A DNA stretch of 64,000 nt. Origin: an uncultured Candidatus Saccharibacteria bacterium. Its GTDB lineage: Bacteria; Patescibacteriota; UBA1384; XYA2-FULL-43-10; 1-14-0-10-43-13. The notes beneath the pieces are model-generated. The model did no database searches and was not told where the DNA came from. It saw only the letters and a program-made list of their open reading frames with translations. How positions within the stretch are numbered: the first letter of the stretch is position 1; every line of letters begins with the position of its first letter. This document shows positions 16,731 through 25,875 of this stretch, in pieces. The DNA is taken from NCBI GenBank assembly GCA_964543385.1, contig CAZIYE010000001.1, positions 29,557 through 93,556 on the forward strand. The letters are read 5' to 3'. The position numbers and the translations under genes were made by a program.

Positions 16731-19651
16731 TTTACAACGATACTGACAAGCTTCTTTGGAATAATTATCGTTTTGATGACTTCTTTACCTTCAATAAGCT
16801 GCTTTATTTTATCGGAGTCAAGAGCAGTTTTCTTTAGTTCTTCATCTGATATACCAGAAGAAACCGTTAGCTTATCACGTACCTTACCATTTATTTGAAT
16901 TACTATTTCAACATTATCAGCAATTAAATACTCGGGATCAGCTTTTGGCCAATCATGCATCTCAATTGAATCTTTATTTTCGATCATAGCCCAGAGCTCA
17001 GAGGCAATATGTGGAGCAGCAGGGTAAAGCAATAGCATAAACTTGCTATAAGATTCTTTTGAGATCTTACCAGCCTTTTCTATAGCATTGTTTAGTTCCA
17101 TCAATTTAGCAATATAGGTATTGAATCTAAAACCCTCAATATCTTCTGAAATACCAACAATCGTTTGGTTTAATTTAATCAGTAGTTCTTTCGAATCTTC
17201 GGCGCTGTCTAACTTCTCGATGTTGGCCCAAACCCGTTTCAGGAATCTAAAAACTCCCTGTACACCAGCAGTACTCCAAGCGGACTCTTGGTCATAAGGC
17301 CCAATAAACATTATGTATGCGCGCAAAGTATCAGCACCATATTCAGAAGCAATATCGTCAGGGTTGATCACATTGCCAAATGACTTACTCATTTTCCTAC
17401 CGTCTGGTCCAAGAATAATACCATGCGCAATTCTCTTAGCATAAGGCTCGCTTGTTGGAGCAATATTTAAATCATGAAGAAATTTATGCCAGAATCTCGA
17501 ATAGAGAAGATGAAGAGTAGTATGTTCCATTCCACCATTATATATATCGACAGGAGTCCAATATTCGAGTTTATCAGTCGCTGCTAGCTGAGCTTTATTC
17601 TCAGGATCGCAATAACGAAGGAAATACCAAGATGATCCCGCCCAGTTTGGCATAGTATCAGTCTCACGTTTTGCATCCCCACCACATTTTGGACACTTTG
17701 TATCAACCCAATCAGCAATAGCAGCCAGTGGGGACTCTCCCGTATCTGTTGGTTCATATTTATCAACGTCAGGCAGAGTTAGCGGTAGCTGATCATCAGA
17801 TAGTGGTACCATGCCACATTTATCACAATGAACTATAGGAATTGGCTCACCCCAATAATGCTGACGAGAAAATATCCAATCACGTAATTTAAAATTAACG
17901 GCCTTTTTGCCAACATTATGATCTTCGAGCCAACTAATCATCTTTTCTTTAGCTTGTTTTGACGGCAGATCATCAATAAAGTCAGAATTTACAGAAATGC
18001 CCAAATCAGAAAAGGCTTTCTCGCCCTCAACATAAGTAGTCCAATAATACAGGTGATTTTCAAGATTTATAAAATTGTCTACCTTACTTTTCTCCACCCA
18101 GATTCCTTTATGATTTTTGATTTCTTCTGGATTAGGCTCAATAAATTTATCCGATCCAAGCTCGATGAAAAAGGCACTAAAAACACCATATCGATTAACA
18201 TTTTTATGACTGGCAAAGAAGGTATTATGAGTTGTAAAACCCACTCTCTTTACCGACTTAATATCCTGATAACCAGTCTCTTCTTTCACTTCACGAACTA
18301 TCGCTTCATCTTCTTTTTCGCCATCCTCAACACCACCGATAACAAAAGAATGCCAATCAAACTTCTCCCAGTCAAGTAAGTAGTATTTATCTTCACTCCA
18401 ATGTTTGATGATACCTATGACAGCGTTTCTTCTGATAGTTTCCTTATCTTTCCTCGTTGCATCCCGACCAGTATTATTCTCAAAAAACGGAGCCACTACC
18501 TGCTTTATTTCAATATTATATTTTTTTGCAAATTCTAAATCACGCTCATCATGCGCAGGAACAGCCATGATAGCACCAGTTCCATAGCTTGCAAGAACAT
18601 AGTCAGCAACATAGATAGGGATCTCCTCGTCATTAACTGGATTTATTGCATAGACACCATATAGTTTGACTCCTGTCTTCTCTTTTTGCAATTCGGTTCG
18701 CTCAAGATCAGATTTCTTTTTTGCCTTATCTATATAGACTTTAATCTCATCAAAATTTTGTATATGGTGACCGAGCTTACTAACGATTGGATGCTCAGGA
18801 GACACTACAAGATAAGTGCAACCAAAAAGCGTATCAGGTCTAGTAGTAAAGACCTCTATCTGCTCATCTGAGACAGTACCACTGAGGGATTTAACAACAA
18901 AATCTACATTTGCTCCGATTGATTTTCCGATCCAGTTAACTTGCTGGGTTTTTATTTTTTCTAGGTAATCTACTGTATCTAGATCTTTGATTAATCTGTC
19001 TGCATAAGCAGTAATACGAAGCATCCATTGCTTTTGTTTTCTTTTCTCGGCTTGAGTACCACATCGCTCGCAATTGCCGGAAATAACTTCTTCATTTGCA
19101 AGTACAACTTTACAAGAAGGACACCAGTTCACAGGCATTTCAGCTTGAAAGGCCAAACGAGGAGTAGAAGTATCATCGTCAGCAACCTCTATTAATTTAC
19201 CATCGACAACTGCGTGCTTGTAAAACTGTAAAAATATCCACTGGGTCCATTTATAATATTGAGGATCTGTAGTATTTACTTCTCGGCTCCAATCAAAAGC
19301 AAGGCCCAACGACTTCATCTGCTTTTTAAACGTCTCGACATTATTTTTTGTAGCAACTGCCGGCTTGATCTTGTTCTTTATGGCAAAGTTTTCTGTTGGC
19401 AAGCCAAAAGCATCCCAACCGATAGGGTACATAGTATTGTAGCCTTGCATTCGCTTCATTCGACAATAAGCATCTGAGGCACCGTAACCCATACAATGGC
19501 CAACATGAAGACCAGCGCCAGAAGGATAGGGGAACTCTACTAGATGGTAGTGCTTTGGTTTTTTAGAAAAATCTTCCGATTTTCCATAATTATTTTCTTC
19601 CCAAATCTTCTGCCACTTAGCTTCGATTTCTGTGAAATTATAATCTTTCAT
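16727..19651 (-). CDS. leuS: leucine-tRNA ligase with extra Nudix-box domain
   Basis: 974 aa with HVGH (HIGH-like), the TTRPDT editing-domain start, KMSKS and GTGAIMAVPAHDERD. A ~160-aa insertion after the editing domain carries a Nudix box. Confidence 0.9.
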   Translation of the reverse strand: MKDYNFTEIEAKWQKIWEENNYGKSEDFSKKPKHYHLVEFPYPSGAGLHVGHCMGYGASDAYCRMKRMQGYNTMYPIGWDAFGLPTENFAIKNKIKPAVATKNNVETFKKQMKSLGLAFDWSREVNTTDPQYYKWTQWIFLQFYKHAVVDGKLIEVADDDTSTPRLAFQAEMPVNWCPSCKVVLANEEVISGNCERCGTQAEKRKQKQWMLRITAYADRLIKDLDTVDYLEKIKTQQVNWIGKSIGANVDFVVKSLSGTVSDEQIEVFTTRPDTLFGCTYLVVSPEHPIVSKLGHHIQNFDEIKVYIDKAKKKSDLERTELQKEKTGVKLYGVYAINPVNDEEIPIYVADYVLASYGTGAIMAVPAHDERDLEFAKKYNIEIKQVVAPFFENNTGRDATRKDKETIRRNAVIGIIKHWSEDKYYLLDWEKFDWHSFVIGGVEDGEKEDEAIVREVKEETGYQDIKSVKRVGFTTHNTFFASHKNVNRYGVFSAFFIELGSDKFIEPNPEEIKNHKGIWVEKSKVDNFINLENHLYYWTTYVEGEKAFSDLGISVNSDFIDDLPSKQAKEKMISWLEDHNVGKKAVNFKLRDWIFSRQHYWGEPIPIVHCDKCGMVPLSDDQLPLTLPDVDKYEPTDTGESPLAAIADWVDTKCPKCGGDAKRETDTMPNWAGSSWYFLRYCDPENKAQLAATDKLEYWTPVDIYNGGMEHTTLHLLYSRFWHKFLHDLNIAPTSEPYAKRIAHGIILGPDGRKMSKSFGNVINPDDIASEYGADTLRAYIMFIGPYDQESAWSTAGVQGVFRFLKRVWANIEKLDSAEDSKELLIKLNQTIVGISEDIEGFRFNTYIAKLMELNNAIEKAGKISKESYSKFMLLLYPAAPHIASELWAMIENKDSIEMHDWPKADPEYLIADNVEIVIQINGKVRDKLTVSSGISDEELKKTALDSDKIKQLIEGKEVIKTIIIPKKLVSIVVK

Positions 19652-19757
19652 TTGGCCTCAACTTTTCAGTCTTATAACTTGATAAATTATAACTTCAATC
19701 TACCACTTTATCGCCTTGAATTCAATTTCAAATTATTGTAGAATCAATTGTATTCGT

Positions 19758-19834
19758 GGGCCCTTAGCTCAGTTGGCTAGAGCGCCTCCATGGCATGGAG
19801 GAGGCCAAGGGTTCAAGTCCCTTAGGGTCCACCA
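19758..19834 (+). tRNA. tRNA-Ala (anticodon GGC), CCA encoded
   Basis: Manual fold: acceptor gggccct/agggtcc with the G3:U70 Ala identity pair, anticodon stem cctcc/ggagg, loop atGGCat, T-loop ttcaagt, 3' ACCA. Confidence 0.85.
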
Positions 19835-19867
19835 AAAAATAACTAGTCTAGGACTAGTTATTTTTTG
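19835..19867 (+). terminator. palindromic terminator after tRNA-Ala
   Basis: aaaataactagtc TAG gactagttatttt is a perfect 13-bp inverted repeat flanked by A- and T-runs, so it is bidirectional. Confidence 0.6.
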
Positions 19868-19923
19868 TTAGTTTACATTATATGCTTAGTGAATTTAACC
19901 TCGTTTTAAGACAGAATAACTAG

Positions 19924-22900
19924 TTATTTTAGTAATACAGCATCTATTTCACCTTCGGCAATATCACCAGGGGTCCGGAAATTAACCGTTCTAATCATGA
20001 TTCCTTGCTTAAAAAAGGGCCTAAAACCTGGACCGTCCGCATAACCAGGTACCAACAAGAAGCATCCGCTTTTGTCGTAAGATTCTTTAAACATTTTTAA
20101 GTTAGAGTCATTATCAGGAGTCATGGTATTCATTCTTGTCATGGATAGCACAATCTTTCCATTCCTTTGCTTTTTTGGAAGATTTGGCCCAATCCCAACA
20201 CGATAATGAAAAGGGTTATTCTGATCGAGATTAGTTAGTATTGTCACCCTGATTCTGTCCTCTTCATCTCGCTCACCGATCTCTTCCTTCCAATTAGAGA
20301 AAATTTTTTTTCCAGCATCGATATTCTTGAAAATTACGGTCAGCACCGGTGGATGAATATTCTCTGACGCAGGAATAAATCCTACTCCTTGCCATTGTGC
20401 CTCATCCCATAAAACTGGCCTTGATGTTAAGAGAGTTTCAAAATCTCCATGTTTAACTTGACGAAAGGGATCTTCGGCAAGTTCTGCCGCATTCTCTCCA
20501 TCATCAGGTTTCTCGACAGAGGGAAAACTGAGTAGATTTTGTCGAGCAATTGGGTATTCGGTATCTTCATTTTTAATCCAATCAGCAAGCTTTGTCTTTG
20601 GCTTTTTACCAAGCACATTCCCAATTGTGATAAATGAACCCGTGAAGTTCAATGATCGCTCTACTGCTAGTTCACCGACAAGCAACGCTTGTAATTCTTT
20701 CTCGTCCCTAAAAACTACCATTCGAGCAGTAATATCTACGATAATTTTAAAAAGTGATTCGTTAATCTTCTCTTGGTCTTTGCGCCTGATTGAATGGGGA
20801 TCAAAATTTGTGCAGTGTATCTCAATACGTGGCCCTGAAGGATCATCCTTGCACTCATGGCTGATTAACTCTCCATGTGCAGAGTCATCAACCGTAATTA
20901 TTACTTGGCTTTCCCTTGGTATCTGGCGATTAGTGATGGTTGTTGACAGAAAACTTTCAAGCGCCGCCAAAACTGATTCTGTCAATTCAAGACAAGGAGA
21001 TTGATTTTTTGCCTCGACAATAATCTTACAACCTAAGATTATTGATTCAAACTTTACATCTTTATCTTCTGTTTGGATTGCATTTGATGGTAAATAATCC
21101 TCATCAGCTATCTGTGCCCATTTAGTAAAGAATTCTGTGTATTCCTCATAAGGAATGTTGTCCTTAAATTCTTCCCAAAATTTATCTTCATGCCCAAGTG
21201 CATACAGCAATGCAATTCGCGCAAAATCCATTCCTATTCGCGCAAGAACATCTGGTAATTTTTGCATAGCTTCCAGAGTACGTTTATCTGATCGTAATAT
21301 AATATACCCTAATGCTAGTTCAAACTTGTCAACCGCCTCCAATAAATCGCCTTTATCTGACCTTTTTTGAATCAGCGCATTCCTCATTGTTAGATCCAGC
21401 TGATGCCAATCAAGAGATTGAGGCATTCGACCCAATCTAAGCTCTAACCATTTAAGTCGACTATAACAAGCGGCCTGCATTCGATTGATTTCTCCATGAC
21501 TCCAGAAACTACTAGTAGCTAGTGATGCAGATGTGACAAGCACTCCTCTTGCTGCCCACAGTAATCCTGCCATTTCATAAGCTATACTGATCAGATATAG
21601 TGCCTCCACGATCTCGTCTTTGCTCTCATATTTATATAGCTTGGTTAGAGAGCGTCCTAATACGATGATGGCTTGATATGTATCTTCATTTCTAATTAAT
21701 TCTTTTCCCCTATCTAGAAGTAGTTTTGCGCCTGTAACTTCTCCTTCCCTTCGAGAGATTTCTTCAACTGTTTCCTCAAATAATTTGCCATATTCGGAGT
21801 TGCTGACAAGCATTTTTCCCAATTCAATGATGATGTCTGCGTGCGGCCTGAAAGGAAATCCGATCAAGTTTCTTGACTCTTTGACAGAAGCGCGTAAATC
21901 AGATATTAGATTATTAGCTTCTTCACCGTTCACTAACCTGTTTGATAATTCAACTTCGTTATTTAAAAAGCGAGCATACAAAGAAGAACTTGGTTTTTCA
22001 TCATCTTTCATTAAGTCGCCGAGCTTTGATTTAAGAATTTTAGCTTTTTCGTCTAGAAAGTCAGAATCAATTTTGGCCAAACCAGATCGATGGATATTAT
22101 ATAAACAGTGCCAAAGATTACACAAGCGCTCAATTTGAAAGATATTATTGCCTGTTATCGCCAGCTTCTCAACCTCAAGATACTGATCTATAAATGTAGA
22201 ATAATCTTCATGCCACCAAAAGAGCGTCCAGGCATACTGATAGTTATAGTCAAATAATAAATAGGGGTTAGCCAGCTTTTTAGTCAATCTTTGCGCCCTT
22301 AAAAATCTGCCATCAATATCAGTTCTCGGCAACTCAAGTTCTCTGGCGATGATAGCGGAATCGATCGAATCTTCTGCGACAGCATCGTTAATATTGTTTG
22401 CTTCTATTGCCTTGTCTATGCGCTCATCCAATTCACTTAGACGATCCTCCTTTTTTTGATCCAACGGTCCCTTTTTAACCTGCTCCCAGGAACTGCTCTT
22501 AATGCCCAACTCTTCCTGGGCAATTTTTTCACGCTTACTTTGGAAGATCTGGTCCAATATCCATGTGCGATCCATGATTTGAACTTCAACACCAAATTTT
22601 TCGCGAAGCATATCCTGTGTCTCTGACCTTTTCCTCGAACTAATGCTTTTGCTGGATAAAAAATAAATACGCTTAAAATTGCGATCGGTTCCGACAGCTT
22701 TCTCAACATCGGCAACAACTTTCGCCTTCCAATTCTTATTGACGCTAATCGCAAGACCCCAACGCTCATCTGCTGCTTTCTTTTCAACGCATGAATACCA
22801 TCCGAGCACTGTTATATCTGACACAGGGTAAGTTTCTGAGTCAACCTTGCCATCACCGCCTCCTGTCGGACCAGTATTTGGCATAAAATTTGGACTTATC

Positions 22901-23076
22901 GCCGCTCTGCACAATCGTATTCCAAATCTTTCGAATTCTACCTCTTGGCTTCTGCTCGATAGTGTATCAAGGTAATGCTCAAGAACAATACGATCAATTT
23001 GTGACTCTTTGATTGATGAAGAATCAGAAAATTGCTTTGGTCGTCTAGCTCTAAGAAATTGTTTTGGCGTGATCAT
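19924..23076 (-). CDS. large hypothetical protein (1050 aa): N-terminal Mrr/PD-(D/E)xK-like nuclease motif plus long alpha-helical region
   Basis: N-terminal ~200 aa contain GGGDGKVD...SCVEKK, spaced like the D...(D/E)xK of restriction-endonuclease-fold domains. The rest is helix-rich and TPR-like, with no Walker A. It is a single-gene locus next to a tRNA. Confidence 0.5.
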   Translation of the reverse strand: MITPKQFLRARRPKQFSDSSSIKESQIDRIVLEHYLDTLSSRSQEVEFERFGIRLCRAAISPNFMPNTGPTGGGDGKVDSETYPVSDITVLGWYSCVEKKAADERWGLAISVNKNWKAKVVADVEKAVGTDRNFKRIYFLSSKSISSRKRSETQDMLREKFGVEVQIMDRTWILDQIFQSKREKIAQEELGIKSSSWEQVKKGPLDQKKEDRLSELDERIDKAIEANNINDAVAEDSIDSAIIARELELPRTDIDGRFLRAQRLTKKLANPYLLFDYNYQYAWTLFWWHEDYSTFIDQYLEVEKLAITGNNIFQIERLCNLWHCLYNIHRSGLAKIDSDFLDEKAKILKSKLGDLMKDDEKPSSSLYARFLNNEVELSNRLVNGEEANNLISDLRASVKESRNLIGFPFRPHADIIIELGKMLVSNSEYGKLFEETVEEISRREGEVTGAKLLLDRGKELIRNEDTYQAIIVLGRSLTKLYKYESKDEIVEALYLISIAYEMAGLLWAARGVLVTSASLATSSFWSHGEINRMQAACYSRLKWLELRLGRMPQSLDWHQLDLTMRNALIQKRSDKGDLLEAVDKFELALGYIILRSDKRTLEAMQKLPDVLARIGMDFARIALLYALGHEDKFWEEFKDNIPYEEYTEFFTKWAQIADEDYLPSNAIQTEDKDVKFESIILGCKIIVEAKNQSPCLELTESVLAALESFLSTTITNRQIPRESQVIITVDDSAHGELISHECKDDPSGPRIEIHCTNFDPHSIRRKDQEKINESLFKIIVDITARMVVFRDEKELQALLVGELAVERSLNFTGSFITIGNVLGKKPKTKLADWIKNEDTEYPIARQNLLSFPSVEKPDDGENAAELAEDPFRQVKHGDFETLLTSRPVLWDEAQWQGVGFIPASENIHPPVLTVIFKNIDAGKKIFSNWKEEIGERDEEDRIRVTILTNLDQNNPFHYRVGIGPNLPKKQRNGKIVLSMTRMNTMTPDNDSNLKMFKESYDKSGCFLLVPGYADGPGFRPFFKQGIMIRTVNFRTPGDIAEGEIDAVLLK

Positions 23077-23430
23077 TATGAGCCCAGGTTACTGCTATTA
23101 ACTAACTATTAGGGTAATTAGTTCTCAGTAAGATGTCAATCGCTTTTCGAGGTATTCATCTGGGATTATCAGCGCTCCCTTGGTCTAACTTTGAGCCAAG
23201 AGGTGGTAGGAATATCCAGGCACTATTAATTAGACTGATTACTGTAAATTTCTCTTAGTATCGGCTCCCATTCGTGCATAAAATCAATGAAGGTGTTCCA
23301 AGTTTTTTCGTCATAGTCCACCAAAGAAAAATCAATTCTCACAAGATTATTTTTTCTTGATTGACAAAAGTCCCTAATCTATCAGAGAACAAAAAATAGG
23401 ATATGCGTTAGTGGCGGTTAGAACAATCTG

Positions 23431-23922
23431 TTAGATTATATATTTTTTAACCTCTTCATAACTTTTTGAAGCAAAGAAAGAGTTATTTACCCATTGCTCA
23501 CCTGTTATATCTTTGCCAAACCAATCAGGGATAGAAAAATCTTTCACTGACATATCATCAACAAAAACCATTTCTATTAAAATAAAACCTTCAAGATTAC
23601 CATGAAAAACATCGATTCTTAGTTCTGGTCCTATTCCTAGATTCGAATAATAATATCTTGTTTTGGAAAGCTTCTTGGGAATTAATTTCCAAATTGAACC
23701 AAATTCCTCCTTGGAGATAGGCAACTCTATATGCTCTCTTATGCTAGCATCGCCAGGCATTCCAATAAGTTTTTTAGTAACTGAATATAATTCATCTTTC
23801 TTTCTGAATCTGAGTGAATCCTGTGCATCGATAAAATAACCCTGATCTATTTCAGCCTTTTGATGTTTCTCAAGATCTTTTGGTAATTCTTTAACTAAAA
23901 AAGTTTTTTCGATTCTGACCAT
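23431..23922 (-). CDS. CYTH-domain protein (triphosphate tunnel metalloenzyme, CyaB/ThTPase-like)
   Basis: N-terminal MVRIEKTFLV matches the ExExK-containing EIERKFLV signature of CYTH. 163 aa. Confidence 0.65.
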   Translation of the reverse strand: MVRIEKTFLVKELPKDLEKHQKAEIDQGYFIDAQDSLRFRKKDELYSVTKKLIGMPGDASIREHIELPISKEEFGSIWKLIPKKLSKTRYYYSNLGIGPELRIDVFHGNLEGFILIEMVFVDDMSVKDFSIPDWFGKDITGEQWVNNSFFASKSYEEVKKYII

Positions 23923-23934
23923 ATTTGCCCCTCT

Positions 23935-25134
23935 CTACTCATATTTTAATGCATCTAAAGGATTTAATTTAACTGCTCTTTTCGCAGGATACCATCCCGT
24001 TAAAAAGCCAACAACAATTGAAAAAAGTGCTACACATAAGGCAAAATTAAACGGAGTTACAAATAAATCAATTGGCTGAGCTGACGCTTTTATTGCAACA
24101 TATTTTATTATAAAATTCAAACCTTGAGAAAAAAACACGCCAAAGAGCAAACCAATTATGCCGCCAAGCAGACCAATAAAAAGTGATTCTGTAACAAAAA
24201 TTTTATAAACATCTTTGTTCCTCATACCAAGTGCCTTCATCAACCCGACCTCCCTAATTCTTTCCATTAAACTGATCGTTAGTATATTGAATGTACCCAA
24301 TGAAGCAACTATCAGAGCGATCATGCCAAATACGCCAAGAACAACTCTGAAAAGTAAGAAAACCTCTGATACTTTATTCACGGTATCTCCGATATACTCA
24401 GTCTTAAGATTTAAAGTTTCTATAAATTGCCTAGACGAGGCAATTTTATCTTTACTATTAACCTTTACCTTCATAGCAGAGTAGTTTACTATCCCCAAAA
24501 AGTCATTGTTTGAATCACTGATGTAAGCAGTGGGAATATTTTCGTTATCTGTTATGCCAACAACTTTGAAAGATAATTCCTTGAGACTAGACGGACCATC
24601 TTGGTTTTGCAATAAGTTAGAAGGGAGCACTAACTCAATATTAATATCTTTATTTACGATATCCTGAGAATTCTCATTTATTAATCCCAAAACTGCTTTA
24701 CTTAAGACTATTTCGCCGTTGTCTGTAGGAAATTTGCCTTTTGCTAGAATTCCACCAGAAACATTAAAATAATTTTGATTTGATGATATTACTAATGTTT
24801 CTGCAACCGATTTATTCTCCGAACCTTTGATCCTAGCTGGTATATTTGCAATTGGCATTACTTCAATAACATTGGGAGCACTATCGATTGTGCCAGCCAC
24901 CTCTTTATCTATTCTGTTTACTTTATAATTTTTTGTTGTTACATCAATTGTTTTCAGGGCTTCAAAGTCGGAAACTAATTGATTCGTCACAAGTTTCTCT
25001 AAACCAAATCCAAAAGAAACAAGAAATATTATTGATGAAATACCAATCGAAACACCACCAACAGTTAAAATTGCCCTCATACGATGAGACCATAGGTTTT
25101 TGAATGCTATTTCTGATATTAGTGACTGTCTCAA
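23935..25134 (-). CDS. ABC transporter permease, MacB/FtsX-type
   Basis: 399 aa with an N-terminal TM, a large periplasmic domain and a C-terminal FtsX-like 3-TM bundle. It overlaps the upstream ATPase gene by 4 nt. Confidence 0.8.
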   Translation of the reverse strand: MRQSLISEIAFKNLWSHRMRAILTVGGVSIGISSIIFLVSFGFGLEKLVTNQLVSDFEALKTIDVTTKNYKVNRIDKEVAGTIDSAPNVIEVMPIANIPARIKGSENKSVAETLVISSNQNYFNVSGGILAKGKFPTDNGEIVLSKAVLGLINENSQDIVNKDINIELVLPSNLLQNQDGPSSLKELSFKVVGITDNENIPTAYISDSNNDFLGIVNYSAMKVKVNSKDKIASSRQFIETLNLKTEYIGDTVNKVSEVFLLFRVVLGVFGMIALIVASLGTFNILTISLMERIREVGLMKALGMRNKDVYKIFVTESLFIGLLGGIIGLLFGVFFSQGLNFIIKYVAIKASAQPIDLFVTPFNFALCVALFSIVVGFLTGWYPAKRAVKLNPLDALKYE

Positions 25135-25868
25135 AATACTCCTTGTAATTCTGTCCTTATTTCGTTCGCTACACCCTGTGCATCTGATGAAATAACCAGA
25201 CCATCTTTAATAGCAACTTTTTTACTAGCCATGGGTAAATAAATCAAATTATGAGTAACCATTATTATTGTTCTCTTTTCATTTACATTTAAATTTTGTA
25301 AAAGCTGCATAATTTGATCAGATGAGTGAGTATCCAAATTCCCTGTTGGCTCATCAGCAACAATAATTAATGGATTATTTACTAATGCGCGAGCCAATAA
25401 AGCTTTTTGCTGTTCACCGCCAGAGAGCTGAACAGGAGATTTGAGTGCGTAATCTTGCATACCGACCTCTTCTAGGCATGCCATAGCTCTTTTGAATGCT
25501 TTATCTTTGGCAAAACCTTCAACATAAAGAGGCATGGCAACATTCTCCAACACTGTCAGTGATTTAATCCAGTACCACATTTGATAGACAATTCCAAAAT
25601 TTTTAGAACGAAAGATCGATCGTTCTTCGTCTGTTATAGTTGCAATATTCTGTCCTTGTATGAAAATGTTTCCTTTTGTCGGTTTTTCCAGGCCTATAAT
25701 ATGATGCAACAGTGTTGATTTTCCAGAACCAGATGGACCATAAATTATACATAGATCTGATTTATTTATTGTTAAATCGATACCTTTTAAGATTGGGTAT
25801 TTGATATTACCATCTCGCGATTTATATGTTTTTTCTAAATTTTCAATTTTAATTAAAGTATTTTCCAC
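25131..25868 (-). CDS. ABC transporter ATP-binding protein (MacB/LolD-like)
   Basis: Walker A GPSGSGKST, signature LSGGEQQ, Walker B IIVADEPT. Confidence 0.9.
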   Translation of the reverse strand: MENTLIKIENLEKTYKSRDGNIKYPILKGIDLTINKSDLCIIYGPSGSGKSTLLHHIIGLEKPTKGNIFIQGQNIATITDEERSIFRSKNFGIVYQMWYWIKSLTVLENVAMPLYVEGFAKDKAFKRAMACLEEVGMQDYALKSPVQLSGGEQQKALLARALVNNPLIIVADEPTGNLDTHSSDQIMQLLQNLNVNEKRTIIMVTHNLIYLPMASKKVAIKDGLVISSDAQGVANEIRTELQGVF

Positions 25869-25875
25869 TTTTACC

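Noticed and set aside
23077-23430. 40-aa minus-strand ORF (VRIDFSLVDYDEKTWNTFIDFMHEWEPILREIYSNQSN) with a GTG start in the gap between the 1050-aa gene and the CYTH gene
   Set aside because: Too short, non-canonical start and no clear Shine-Dalgarno sequence. It may be a gene remnant, but the evidence is insufficient.
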